This document shows, in pieces, positions 45,608 to 54,436 of a stretch of DNA of 64,000 nt; the stretch's first letter is position 1; each line of letters starts with the position of its first letter. The stretch is taken from NCBI GenBank assembly GCA_035655435.1, contig DASRUN010000066.1, positions 520 to 64,519 of the forward strand. Reading direction: 5' to 3'. The translations under genes and the position numbers were made by a program. The notes below the pieces were generated by a model. The model saw only the letters and a program-made list of their open reading frames with translations, did no database searches and was not told where the DNA came from. The DNA comes from an archaeon (GTDB taxonomy: Archaea; Iainarchaeota; Iainarchaeia; Iainarchaeales; Iainarchaeaceae).

Positions 45608-45759
45608 TATTAAAAAGCTTGTGGTTTAGAACTACACACATTTTATGCGTCGCAGTCAGGTGCTGACACTGAAAGAATTGAAAAAAATGGCTTCAAATAA
45701 AGGGGCTCCACAGGCAACCATAGAAAAAGATTACGCGCAAAGGATTCTATCGAAGACAA

Positions 45760-45948
45760 ATGAAACGCAAATACAACGACCACCTCTACCACAGACGTAG
45801 CCTTATCGAAAGCGCATTCTCTGCAAACAAACGACGTAGCGGTAGCCACATCCTATCACGCACTGCCCGCACACAGCGGGCAGAAATATTCACCCGCTAC
45901 ATCACACACAACCTAAACTTAATCAAAAAAACAAAGACTTTCAACTAA
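45760..45948 (+). pseudogene. C-terminal fragment of an IS4/IS5-like DDE transposase
   Basis: YHRRSLIESAFSANKRRSGSHILSR...AEIFTRYITHNLN matches the conserved Y..R..(I/V)E..F...K tail of DDE transposases. No N-terminal catalytic part is present. Locally higher GC by eye. Confidence 0.5.
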
Positions 45949-46003
45949 ACCAAAAGGAACTAAAGGTTTAAATAGCTGAAAAGATTTATTAGAAGGGAAA
46001 CAA

Positions 46004-47416
46004 ATGAGTTTGATAGAAAAAAATGCAGCAAGATTAATTATTGTCGGATTAATTCTTTTAACTTTAATCGGGCTAGCTAGCTCGCAATTTGGACCTAATT
46101 TTTTAAAACCAAATCCCGGACATACTTTTGATGAAATTGATGGAACAAGAATTTTCACTTCACAAGATGGAGATGCATACTTTTGGATACTTTCACCCCC
46201 AGGAAGATCTAATCTTGGCGGAGAATTAATCAGAACACCTACTGAATCAAATTATGCGGCCATTGGAATTTTCGACGCATTCAGCCAGAAATTTGTACAA
46301 ATAGGACACCCAAATCAGGCCACAAGCGCATTTGACTTAAAAGTTTACGGAGATGTCTGTCTTTATGGTCCCAACGGTGCCGGTCCAGCAGACTGCAGAA
46401 ATACTTGGTCGACAGGCGGAGCAAGCCAGTGGACGACAGATCCAAATGGTATCAATTACACAGACGGAAAAGTAGGAATAGGCACTCCAGCTATAACAAA
46501 TGCAGTTTTATCTGTTAGGACAAACGAAGATGATGAAATAGCGATATATGGGCATAATCTCGCAACTACTGGTACTATGCCTGGAGGACAGTTTTTGTCA
46601 CAGAATGGACCTGGAATACGTGTTGGTGCAAGTAACGTTGATCGACCTGCAATAGAACTACTACAAGGTGGAATAAAATTCAATGTGGTTACGGATGGGA
46701 TAGAATTCGGTGATGGCACAATTCAAACCACTGCTGCGGTGGCAACAATAACAGATGATGACGAACCGCCTACTGTTACCAATACGTTTTATGATATAAC
46801 GGTTCTGAACACATTGAGGATACCGATAATACGGGGTAGATTGGATACTGGATGCGTACCTGTTGCGGGTTGGGACACATCCACAGGCTGCGAAACTCTT
46901 GTTTCTGGCATAAGTACGAATCAGGCACGTATCATGACATGCCCTGACAATTATATGGCGATTAACGGCGGAGGAGAATGTATTGGAGATTCACATGTAA
47001 AACAGAGTTCTCCAAACAGTAGTAATAGGAAATGGAATTTTAGTTGTGCCGAAGATAGAGTAAATGGAGACACAGTTGCGTATAGAGATATAGTTCAATC
47101 AACAATTACATGTGTTAGAATACAAGATAGTACTCCTACAGTAGGCACAGTAACCGTCAGCTCAAATACGCAGATAGCAGACTACAGCCTGCCTAATGGA
47201 GGCTCAAAAACTGTTTCCACCACTTGTTCGGCTGGTGTAAGTGAGAGATGTGACTGTTTCAGCAATTACCTAAGAGCATTTGGGAATTTGACCGAGACAT
47301 CAAATACAAGCACATGTACTTGCACCTACCAGATAGGCGCCTTGGTGAGCTGCGGTACTGGCGCGTTCCAAGTCTCCTGTCCATGGATAACAGCCGCTCA
47401 AACATGCGTCACTTAA
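46004..47416 (+). CDS. secreted/anchored protein with tail-fibre-like G.VGIGT motif
   Basis: 470 aa. N-terminal hydrophobic helix. INYTDGKVGIGTPAITNAVLSV recalls fibre/needle repeat proteins. Cys-rich C-terminal part. Confidence 0.45.
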   Translation: MSLIEKNAARLIIVGLILLTLIGLASSQFGPNFLKPNPGHTFDEIDGTRIFTSQDGDAYFWILSPPGRSNLGGELIRTPTESNYAAIGIFDAFSQKFVQIGHPNQATSAFDLKVYGDVCLYGPNGAGPADCRNTWSTGGASQWTTDPNGINYTDGKVGIGTPAITNAVLSVRTNEDDEIAIYGHNLATTGTMPGGQFLSQNGPGIRVGASNVDRPAIELLQGGIKFNVVTDGIEFGDGTIQTTAAVATITDDDEPPTVTNTFYDITVLNTLRIPIIRGRLDTGCVPVAGWDTSTGCETLVSGISTNQARIMTCPDNYMAINGGGECIGDSHVKQSSPNSSNRKWNFSCAEDRVNGDTVAYRDIVQSTITCVRIQDSTPTVGTVTVSSNTQIADYSLPNGGSKTVSTTCSAGVSERCDCFSNYLRAFGNLTETSNTSTCTCTYQIGALVSCGTGAFQVSCPWITAAQTCVT

Positions 47417-47443
47417 ACTTATTAATAATAAAAGTTTGCGGGT

Positions 47444-49066
47444 TTGAATGTCATGCACAAAAAAAATATTTTAATGCTTTTTCTGATTTTAACAATATTT
47501 TTAATTGGTTTTGCAACCGCGGAAACTTCAATTCGATGCCAAATAGGTGCTAGTGGAACGTTATTTGGGGTGAGCGCACCAAGCAATGCGCATGTAGCAA
47601 TAAGCACGAGTGAATACGCTAACAAGGTAGGATGCACCGCAGATACCTCAGCACCTGCGTGTAGTGATCCTAGCTCTGCAATAGCACTAAAACTTTCAAG
47701 TGCAACAAACGCGCACGCTGAATCACCAAATCTAAGCAATTACACTCAAAACATTTGCATAAAAGCATCGGCAACAAACCAACAAACTTATTGTTATGCA
47801 CTCAATGATTGTCCAAGCGACTTTATAGGATTGGTAAATCTTTATGGGGAAACAGGGCTAGTGAATGGGCAACTCACTGTAACCAATGCGCTTGTTGGAG
47901 CATACGCTGCCGGCGCACCACACATTTGTTGTGGATTGAGAGACTTAGACGATTCACCTGCTACAAGCTGTACAATAACGGCAAGCCCAACAACAATAGA
48001 AATAGGAGAAACATCAAGCATTGCAGTCACTTGTTCTAATGCATTAGGCACAACACAATGCCCAAGCGATTTGCAAATAGTTTCAACCGCCCCTGCAATA
48101 GCAACTTATGATTCAACCACTACCCAATTAACAGGAGTAAGCGCAGGAGACACAACAGCAAGAGCGACAAGCGTTTCAATTCCTGCAGTAACTTGTGTTT
48201 CGGGAACAGTAACGGTTACTGATACAATAAACAATTGTGTGATTGATGCACAAGCAACAGAAGCATGCATTTGCGGAACAGAAACTGCAAACCCGGGACA
48301 GTTCTGCTGTGCAACCGGAGTTTCTGATACTGCATGCACCACACCAACACCGAATTGTGTTGAAGGAGAAAATACAACCGGAGAAATTTGTTCATGCAAT
48401 GGTACTCCGGTTCCGGATGGAGAATATTGTTGTAGCGGAGTTGCAAGCACAGTATCATGTGATCAGCTTTGTCCGCAAGGACAAATAACAACAACTTGTA
48501 GTTGTGAAAATCAAATCAGAAATTCTGGAGACGGTTACTGCTGCAGCGGAGTTTTCCAAACAACACAATGTACAAACTCCAGTCTGAACCATGTGAAAAT
48601 CAGTGCTTTGAGACTTGAACAAACAGAGTTTTTCAAAGATTCGGAAGATCCGATTACATTTGCAATTGATGTGGAAAGAATTGACGACAGTGTAACAACA
48701 GGATATTTGGAGGCTTATTTGATACACAACATAAATCAAACCCAAACTCAGATTTTTGCGGATCCAACTAATGAATTGGAAGTTAGTTTTGTTGACGCAG
48801 AACCAATGACAATTCCCGTAAGTTTTCCAACAACATCGCTTGCAACTGGCAGTTATAGGCTTGTTGTTCACATAACATCAGAATTTGACAGAGATGGAGC
48901 TGGAAATATTGCAAATGATGAAGGGAAAGTTGATGATAATACAAAATCGGCAAGTATTCTAGTGAGAAGCGGTCCTGCCGGAGGCCCGGTAGCAGCTCCT
49001 GAAATACACCCGATATTTATAGTGTTCATACTCTTCGCGGTTTTAATGATCATTAAAAGGAACTGA
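47444..49066 (+). CDS. surface protein with three CxC...GYCC modules, CARDB-like region and conserved C-terminal anchor
   Basis: 540 aa. Signal peptide. Modules at 48266-48571. The C-terminal VAAPEIHPIFIVFILFAVLMIIKRN is nearly identical to that of 40977..44264. Confidence 0.6.
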   Translation: MNVMHKKNILMLFLILTIFLIGFATAETSIRCQIGASGTLFGVSAPSNAHVAISTSEYANKVGCTADTSAPACSDPSSAIALKLSSATNAHAESPNLSNYTQNICIKASATNQQTYCYALNDCPSDFIGLVNLYGETGLVNGQLTVTNALVGAYAAGAPHICCGLRDLDDSPATSCTITASPTTIEIGETSSIAVTCSNALGTTQCPSDLQIVSTAPAIATYDSTTTQLTGVSAGDTTARATSVSIPAVTCVSGTVTVTDTINNCVIDAQATEACICGTETANPGQFCCATGVSDTACTTPTPNCVEGENTTGEICSCNGTPVPDGEYCCSGVASTVSCDQLCPQGQITTTCSCENQIRNSGDGYCCSGVFQTTQCTNSSLNHVKISALRLEQTEFFKDSEDPITFAIDVERIDDSVTTGYLEAYLIHNINQTQTQIFADPTNELEVSFVDAEPMTIPVSFPTTSLATGSYRLVVHITSEFDRDGAGNIANDEGKVDDNTKSASILVRSGPAGGPVAAPEIHPIFIVFILFAVLMIIKRN

Positions 49067-49133
49067 TATACGCTGAAGGGCGGCCGCTTGTTGAATAACT
49101 GAAAACATCGTAGTCGTTATATTTAAATATTAG

Positions 49134-49859
49134 TTGTTTAAAGACATAATAATGCTTGAATTGACCAATAAGCGTTTGGTTTCCATTTTGTGGATGCTCA
49201 AGAACAAAGATAAAACATGGAGCATTTCCGAATTGAGAAGGGCGGCTGCTGCAATGATCAACCAAGATGATATTGTTTACGCACAAAAAAAGCCATTTCC
49301 GATTATGGACTTGGGACTTACTTACAAGCCTACGCACACGTTTATCAAAGAGCTTGAGAAAAACGGGTTTGTGGCAAAAGATACCAAAACATCCGAGTAT
49401 AGGGTTGCAAAAGCAGGTGATTTGGTGAAATTCATATCGCTTTCAAGGCCGTTTGCGGGATTCAAATCTATTAATTATCATAGTCCTGCGGAGTTTCAGG
49501 AAACTTTGAAAATTGTTAATGGCTCAAAATTGGATTATGCGTTTACGGTTTTTGCGGGAAGTGAATTGTACAGGCCGTACGTTAAGACAAGTCAGGTGCA
49601 TGTATACATTTCGGAAAGTGATAAGCAAAAGTGGAGCGATTATTTGCTTTCGAAAAAATGCATGAAAGCGGAGAAAAGCGAAGCAAACCTTTTCCTCATA
49701 CCGGTAAAAGAAAATTTTATTTTCAGGTTTGCAAAAAAAATAAAGGGTTTTTTGATTGCCGCTTCCCCTATATTGCTGGCAGACCTCCTGAGCTTTGGCG
49801 GTTTGGCGGAAGAGCAGGCGCAGTTTTTAATGGAAGAATGGCTGGACAATAGGCTGTGA
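49134..49859 (+). CDS. hypothetical wHTH-like protein, possible AbiEi-type partner
   Basis: 241 aa. Its stop lies 1 nt before the next start. Assignment rests on adjacency to an AbiEii-like ORF only. Confidence 0.3.
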   Translation: MFKDIIMLELTNKRLVSILWMLKNKDKTWSISELRRAAAAMINQDDIVYAQKKPFPIMDLGLTYKPTHTFIKELEKNGFVAKDTKTSEYRVAKAGDLVKFISLSRPFAGFKSINYHSPAEFQETLKIVNGSKLDYAFTVFAGSELYRPYVKTSQVHVYISESDKQKWSDYLLSKKCMKAEKSEANLFLIPVKENFIFRFAKKIKGFLIAASPILLADLLSFGGLAEEQAQFLMEEWLDNRL

Positions 49860-49860
49860 T

Positions 49861-50607
49861 GTGATGGAAAAACTGATGATAGAAAAATCCGATGAACTTC
49901 TTCATGAATTCTTCAGTACGTTGGATAAAAAGTATCATAGTAGCGTGGGTCTCATGGGCGGTTGGGCAGTTCATTATACTTTGAAGAATAAAGATACAAT
50001 CCACATGGGTTCTAGAGATATTGATATTTTCTTTGACACCGCAAAAGTGAAGGCGAACATTATTGAGCAAAAGCTGGAAGAAATGGGTTTTCACAGACAT
50101 TCGACTTTTAGATGGGTAAAAATATTCCATAGCGAAACTGAAAAACAACTCGGCATTGAAGAGAGCAAAAAGCACGCATTGCACAATCTTTCTTACATCT
50201 ACTTTGACATTGCAACCCCGACAAAAATAAAACATTCAATGCCGGAACCATTGCTGAAAAAAGTTTTTGCAAAAGAAAAAGAATTCATAAAAATAAAGGA
50301 CATTGAAGTAATGGTTCCTCCCCCAAAAATATTGGTTGAAATGAAGCTCAAATCAACTCCAAACAGGAATGACGCATTCAAGCGCACAAAAGACATTGCA
50401 GACCTTTATGCGCTCCTCAATACAAATAAAGAACTCTGGCTTATCAAAAACGGGGAAAGAATTAAAACAAAAGGTTTGAACAGCAAACTTGTTCAAAAAT
50501 TCAGGGAAAAACTTGAAAGGTTCAAAACAGATGGCACGATTGCCGCATCGGCAACAATGCTCAACACAAGTGCCGGAAGGATTACAAGTGTTTTGGAAAA
50601 AATCTGA
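49861..50607 (+). CDS. nucleotidyltransferase, AbiEii/AbiGii-like toxin candidate
   Basis: LMGGWAVHYTL...GSRDIDIFFD (GG...S.DID) and late KDIADLYAL resemble the AbiEii NTase pattern. Confidence 0.45.
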   Translation: MMEKLMIEKSDELLHEFFSTLDKKYHSSVGLMGGWAVHYTLKNKDTIHMGSRDIDIFFDTAKVKANIIEQKLEEMGFHRHSTFRWVKIFHSETEKQLGIEESKKHALHNLSYIYFDIATPTKIKHSMPEPLLKKVFAKEKEFIKIKDIEVMVPPPKILVEMKLKSTPNRNDAFKRTKDIADLYALLNTNKELWLIKNGERIKTKGLNSKLVQKFREKLERFKTDGTIAASATMLNTSAGRITSVLEKI

Positions 50608-50754
50608 TCCATGTGAATAAGGAGAACAAAGTTAGTATAATACAAAATAAGCATTCATCACATGGAAAAGCAGCAGAAGCCTATAAAATAACTAATGAAA
50701 AATTTGAACTGAGAACCCCAAATTTCCTTAATTTGGATAAATTCAAAAAACTCC

Positions 50755-50904
50755 TCAAGTAGTCTCTTTGATAAAAGCCCGAATAAACTTTCTAAACTCA
50801 GGGTCTTTCTTATACATCATATGTCCCTTCGCCAAAACCCGCTTAATATCAGCTATTTCCTTCTTGGAATAAACATCTTCTTTCTCAACGGTCTTCGAGT
50901 ACAT
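50755..50904 (-). CDS. possible 49-aa ORF
   Basis: MYSKTVEKEDVYSKKEIADIKRVLAKGHMMYKKDPEFRKFIRAFIKETT. Below the track cutoff, no motif recognised. Confidence 0.15.
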   Translation of the reverse strand: MYSKTVEKEDVYSKKEIADIKRVLAKGHMMYKKDPEFRKFIRAFIKETT

Positions 50905-51075
50905 TCATAACCACTAATACTAATACGCGCGTTAAAACTATTTAAAAGTAACTTTAATCAAACCCATAGGGTTGTCCTGAATAATAAACTGAAATTGTAT
51001 CAAGCTTAAAACTTCTTGACCGCTAAAAAAATATAAATTTATATGATATTAATGCCATATTAATATGGTGATAAT

Positions 51076-51318
51076 ATGCCTGTTGCAATAGTAAAACTCA
51101 ACGACAAAACTAATAGAGTAATAAATGTGGTAAAGGCAAAGTATGGTTTGAAGGATAAGAGCGATGCCATAAACCGAATAGCCGAAGATTATGGGGATGA
51201 AATACTAGAACCTGAAATCAGGCCTGAGTACATTGAAAAACTTGCAAAGATAGGCAAAGAAAAATCCGTGAAAGTCAAGGATTTGGATTCTTATTTCGAA
51301 AAAATGCGGAAGGGCTGA
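51076..51318 (+). CDS. small antitoxin-like protein, paralog of 9346..9606
   Basis: 80 aa. Shares NRVINVVKAKYGLKDKSDAINRIAEDYGDE with the 9346 ORF. Confidence 0.5.
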   Translation: MPVAIVKLNDKTNRVINVVKAKYGLKDKSDAINRIAEDYGDEILEPEIRPEYIEKLAKIGKEKSVKVKDLDSYFEKMRKG

Positions 51319-51323
51319 TTGCC

Positions 51324-51458
51324 TTGGCATATGCCCTTAAAGTTAAGCCGTATCTTGACAAACTTTTTAGGAAAATCGGCAAACGCGATCCGGAACAATT
51401 GAATGCAATTCAAAAGAAAATAAAGCAAATCATACACCCTTACCCCTTATATATCTAA
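51324..51458 (+). pseudogene. truncated RelE-like toxin remnant
   Basis: The 44 codons (L)AYALKVKPYLDKLFRKIGKRDPEQLNAIQKKIKQII... align with the first ~37 aa of the 9611..9892 toxin (..L....KK(L/I).KRDP.....I.KKI(R/K)QI(V/I)), then stop. The C-terminal half is missing. Confidence 0.5.
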
Positions 51459-51485
51459 GAGGTGATATATTTATTAGGTGATAAA

Positions 51486-51764
51486 ATGGCTAAAGAAAAG
51501 CAAACACAGATTCAGGTTCTCCATTACCCTACTTTGAAGACAGTGATGGCTATTGAAGAGGCGGTAAAGAACTCCAATTTTGCAGTAAGTAGGAACAAGA
51601 TTCTTGGCAAGCTTGAAACAAAAGTAATGCGCTCAACACTTAATGTTGCACTCAATTACCTTGAAAAAAGAGGCATGATCCTTGAGACACGAAAGGGCTT
51701 TATCTGGACATTTAACCCAAACAGGAAACTGGCAAAAGCAGAGGCTGATGGACTGGAAGTGTAA
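51486..51764 (+). CDS. small wHTH-like protein, antitoxin candidate
   Basis: 92 aa from ATG 51486 (GGTGA 5 nt upstream). 2-nt gap to the next ORF. Confidence 0.35.
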   Translation: MAKEKQTQIQVLHYPTLKTVMAIEEAVKNSNFAVSRNKILGKLETKVMRSTLNVALNYLEKRGMILETRKGFIWTFNPNRKLAKAEADGLEV

Positions 51765-51766
51765 AA

Positions 51767-52165
51767 ATGGTTCAAAAGAAGGTAAGCATAACGCTTCTTG
51801 ACGAGGCAAAAGAAGAATATCTTATGCTTCAGGAAACTGCAAGAGCTGAAAAAGGAAAAGGAATCGAATCCTCGTTCAACCAGACACTGCTTAAATCTAT
51901 AGACTCGAAGATAGAACTTCTTAAGGCGAACTATGACTATGGAGTGCAGATTCCAAGAAAACTAATACCGACAGAATATATCCGCAAATATGGAATAACA
52001 AACCTTTGGAAAGTAAATTTGTCTGGCTATTGGCGCATGATTTATACGCTTAGGCAGCTACAGAGGGATTTTGAAGAAGTGGAAATAATTTCAATATTGC
52101 TTGATGTTTTGGACATTGTTGACCATAAAAAATACGACAAAATTTTTGGCTACAAAAAGAAGTAG
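51767..52165 (+). CDS. RelE/ParE-like toxin candidate
   Basis: LWKVNLSGYWRMIYTL resembles the (k)..l..g.yR.iY core strand of RelE/ParE-fold toxins. Confidence 0.4.
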   Translation: MVQKKVSITLLDEAKEEYLMLQETARAEKGKGIESSFNQTLLKSIDSKIELLKANYDYGVQIPRKLIPTEYIRKYGITNLWKVNLSGYWRMIYTLRQLQRDFEEVEIISILLDVLDIVDHKKYDKIFGYKKK

Positions 52166-52253
52166 TGCGCTAGCTTCTGAATTTGGTTTCCGGAGAATCC
52201 TAGCAGCACGCCATATTCTCTTTATTGTGGTTTTGGCGTTTGTTTTCCTGCTT

Positions 52254-52341
52254 ATAGCAAACTGGATAAGTAATTCTGTTTATTTGTTGCAGTTTGCTAT
52301 CCGGCAGACCTCAATTAATACTGAAAGCTTGCGCGGTCTGC
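52254..52341 (+). ncRNA. two-hairpin element, copy 2 (candidate small RNA)
   Basis: ATAGCAAAC-N29-GTTTGCTAT, then (G)GCAGACC-N24-GGTCTGC(C), followed by TGATTTTTAAATCTTTTT. TTTATT lies about 30 nt upstream. Confidence 0.35.
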
Positions 52342-52472
52342 CATAGAAGAGGAGATTGATTTTTAAATCTTTTTAATGAGTACTATTTAGCCTTAAATTG
52401 AAGGGAGAAATATGGATTGGAGCCCGTTTTTTGGCTTTTATTGATGTTTGATTTTTTTTGGAGGAATTTTGA

Positions 52473-53738
52473 ATGGCAGCTAAACCGCATATAAATTTGG
52501 TCTTTATAGGACACGTTGACCATGGTAAGTCAACAACAGTCGGAAGACTTCTTTATGATACAGGAGCACTCCCTGAACAAGAATATAGAAAACTTCAGCA
52601 GGAAGCTGAATCTAAAGGAAAAGGAACTTTTGCATTTGCTTACGCAATGGACAACCTCAAAGAAGAAAGAGAAAGAGGTGTTACAATTGATGTTGCATAC
52701 AAAAAGTTTACCGCACAAAAAAATTCTTTCACTATCATAGATGCCCCGGGACACAGGGACTTTGTTAAGAACATGATTACGGGAACAAGCCAGGCTGATG
52801 CCGGTGTTCTTGTAGTTGCATGCAAAGAAGGCCCACAACCGCAAACCAAGGAACACGCTTTCCTTGCACAGGTTATGGGATTAAAACAATTGATTGTTGC
52901 AATCAACAAAATGGATGAAGTCGGTTACCAAGAAGCAAAGTACAATGAAGTAAGAGACACAATGAAAAAAATGGTTCTTGGAATCGGTTACAAAGAAGAC
53001 CAGATTAAGTTTGTTCCAATCTCCGCTTGGGAAGGAGAAAACATTGCAAAGGCAACGGGAAAAATGCCTTGGTACAAGGGAGCAACTCTTGTAGGAACTT
53101 TGGATGAATTGAAGGCACCTAATTTGCCGACTGATAAACCATTGAGATTGCCTATACAAGATGTTTACAACATTAAAGGTGTTGGAACCGTTCCTGTTGG
53201 AAGAGTTGAAACCGGAATTATAAAACCCGGCGACAAAATTGTTGTAATGCCATCAGGAAAACAGGGAGAAGTTAAGACTGTTGAAGCACATCACGAACAA
53301 CTCTCACAAGCGGGTCCCGGAGACAATGTTGGTTTCAATGTCAGAGGCCTTGAGAAAAAGGATATTGCAAGAGGAGATGTTGTGGGGCATGTTACAAACC
53401 CGCCTACAGTTGCAAAAGAATTCATTGCACAAATTGTTGTTCTGTCACATCCAACGGCAATTCCGGTTGGTTATACTCCGGTTTTCCACATGCACACCGC
53501 CCAATTGAGCTGTACTATTACGGAAATCCAAAAAAAACTTGATCCTAAAACAGGTGCAACCAAGGAAGAGAATCCTAAATTCTTGAAAACAGGAGACGCG
53601 GCAATTGTAAAAATTACGCCGTTGAAACCTGTTTGCGTGGAAGAATACAAGAAATTCCCGCAGCTTGGCAGATTTGCAATTAGAGACATGGGACAGACAG
53701 TTGCGGCAGGAGTAATCCTGAGCGTAACACCAAAGTAA
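52473..53738 (+). CDS. tuf: translation elongation factor aEF-1 alpha
   Basis: 421 aa. [21 protein letters not shown] motifs. GGAGG lies 8 nt upstream. Confidence 0.95.
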   Translation: MAAKPHINLVFIGHVDHGKSTTVGRLLYDTGALPEQEYRKLQQEAESKGKGTFAFAYAMDNLKEERERGVTIDVAYKKFTAQKNSFTIIDAPGHRDFVKNMITGTSQADAGVLVVACKEGPQPQTKEHAFLAQVMGLKQLIVAINKMDEVGYQEAKYNEVRDTMKKMVLGIGYKEDQIKFVPISAWEGENIAKATGKMPWYKGATLVGTLDELKAPNLPTDKPLRLPIQDVYNIKGVGTVPVGRVETGIIKPGDKIVVMPSGKQGEVKTVEAHHEQLSQAGPGDNVGFNVRGLEKKDIARGDVVGHVTNPPTVAKEFIAQIVVLSHPTAIPVGYTPVFHMHTAQLSCTITEIQKKLDPKTGATKEENPKFLKTGDAAIVKITPLKPVCVEEYKKFPQLGRFAIRDMGQTVAAGVILSVTPK

Positions 53739-53780
53739 GCGTTAAAAACGCTTACCCCTAATTATTTTTTTCTGATTATT

Positions 53781-54095
53781 ATGCAAACGGCAAGGTTAAA
53801 ACTTAGTTCACCGGATTTCTCGGTTTTGAAGGAAATAACCGAACGAATACAGGATGTTGCCAAAAGAACAGGAGCAAAACATTCCGGAACAATTCCTTTG
53901 CCCACAAAAAAACTTGTTGTTCCAACACGAAAAGGCCCTTGCGGCGGCGGAACAGAAACTTATGAAAAGTGGCAAATGAGAATCCACAAAAGAATAATTG
54001 ACATTCAATCTGATGAAACAACTCTTCGAAGAATAATGAGAGTTGAGATTCCTGAAAATGTCAGAATGGAAATACAATTCAAAGAAAACAGATAA
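53781..54095 (+). CDS. rps10: ribosomal protein uS10
   Basis: 104 aa. ARLKLSS...GTIPLPTKKLVVPTRKGPCGGGTETYEKWQMRIHKRIIDI. Confidence 0.9.
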   Translation: MQTARLKLSSPDFSVLKEITERIQDVAKRTGAKHSGTIPLPTKKLVVPTRKGPCGGGTETYEKWQMRIHKRIIDIQSDETTLRRIMRVEIPENVRMEIQFKENR

Positions 54096-54199
54096 TACTA
54101 CATAACTAATTTTTTTTAAATCAAAAAAACTATTACTAATTAGCTAATAAAATTTTAGAAAAACAAACATTTAAATATTTCAAAATGTAAATGTATTAC

Positions 54200-54436
54200 A
54201 TGGGCACTATCACAATCAATGTGGGCGATGAATCGGAGGCAAAATTCAGGAAGGCCGCAAAGGCGGTTTTTGGAACAAAAAAGGGCAGCCTCGGAAAGGC
54301 CGCAAGTGAGGCATTTGAAGAGTGGTCGAATAGGGAAATACAAGGAAATGCGGCAAAAATGCTCGATCTTTTGGAAAAGGGATTTAAAATGGGCAAAGTC
54401 AAATATCGTTCCAGGGATGAACTGCATGAAAGATGA
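54200..54436 (+). CDS. small antitoxin (VapB-like)
   Basis: 78 aa from MGTITINVGDE. Overlaps the downstream PIN ORF by 11 nt. Confidence 0.45.
   Translation: MGTITINVGDESEAKFRKAAKAVFGTKKGSLGKAASEAFEEWSNREIQGNAAKMLDLLEKGFKMGKVKYRSRDELHER

Noticed and set aside
45643-45849. 68-aa minus-strand ORF next to the transposase fragment
   Set aside because: It is antisense to the transposase-tail remnant region and has no motif. It is most simply a shadow frame in locally GC-richer DNA.
22171-52341. Two-hairpin copies as att sites or island boundaries, or as a MITE
   Set aside because: The copies do not flank the accessory block, since copy 1 lies 17 kb left of EF-2. Each half is its own hairpin rather than terminal inverted repeats pairing end to end. 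No target-site duplication was seen. A mobile origin cannot be fully excluded with only two copies.
52101-52346. 81-aa ORF covering two-hairpin element copy 2
   Set aside because: It overlaps the 3' end of the preceding gene in another frame. Its open frame is explained by the structured element. The homologous copy 1 region has no corresponding ORF.
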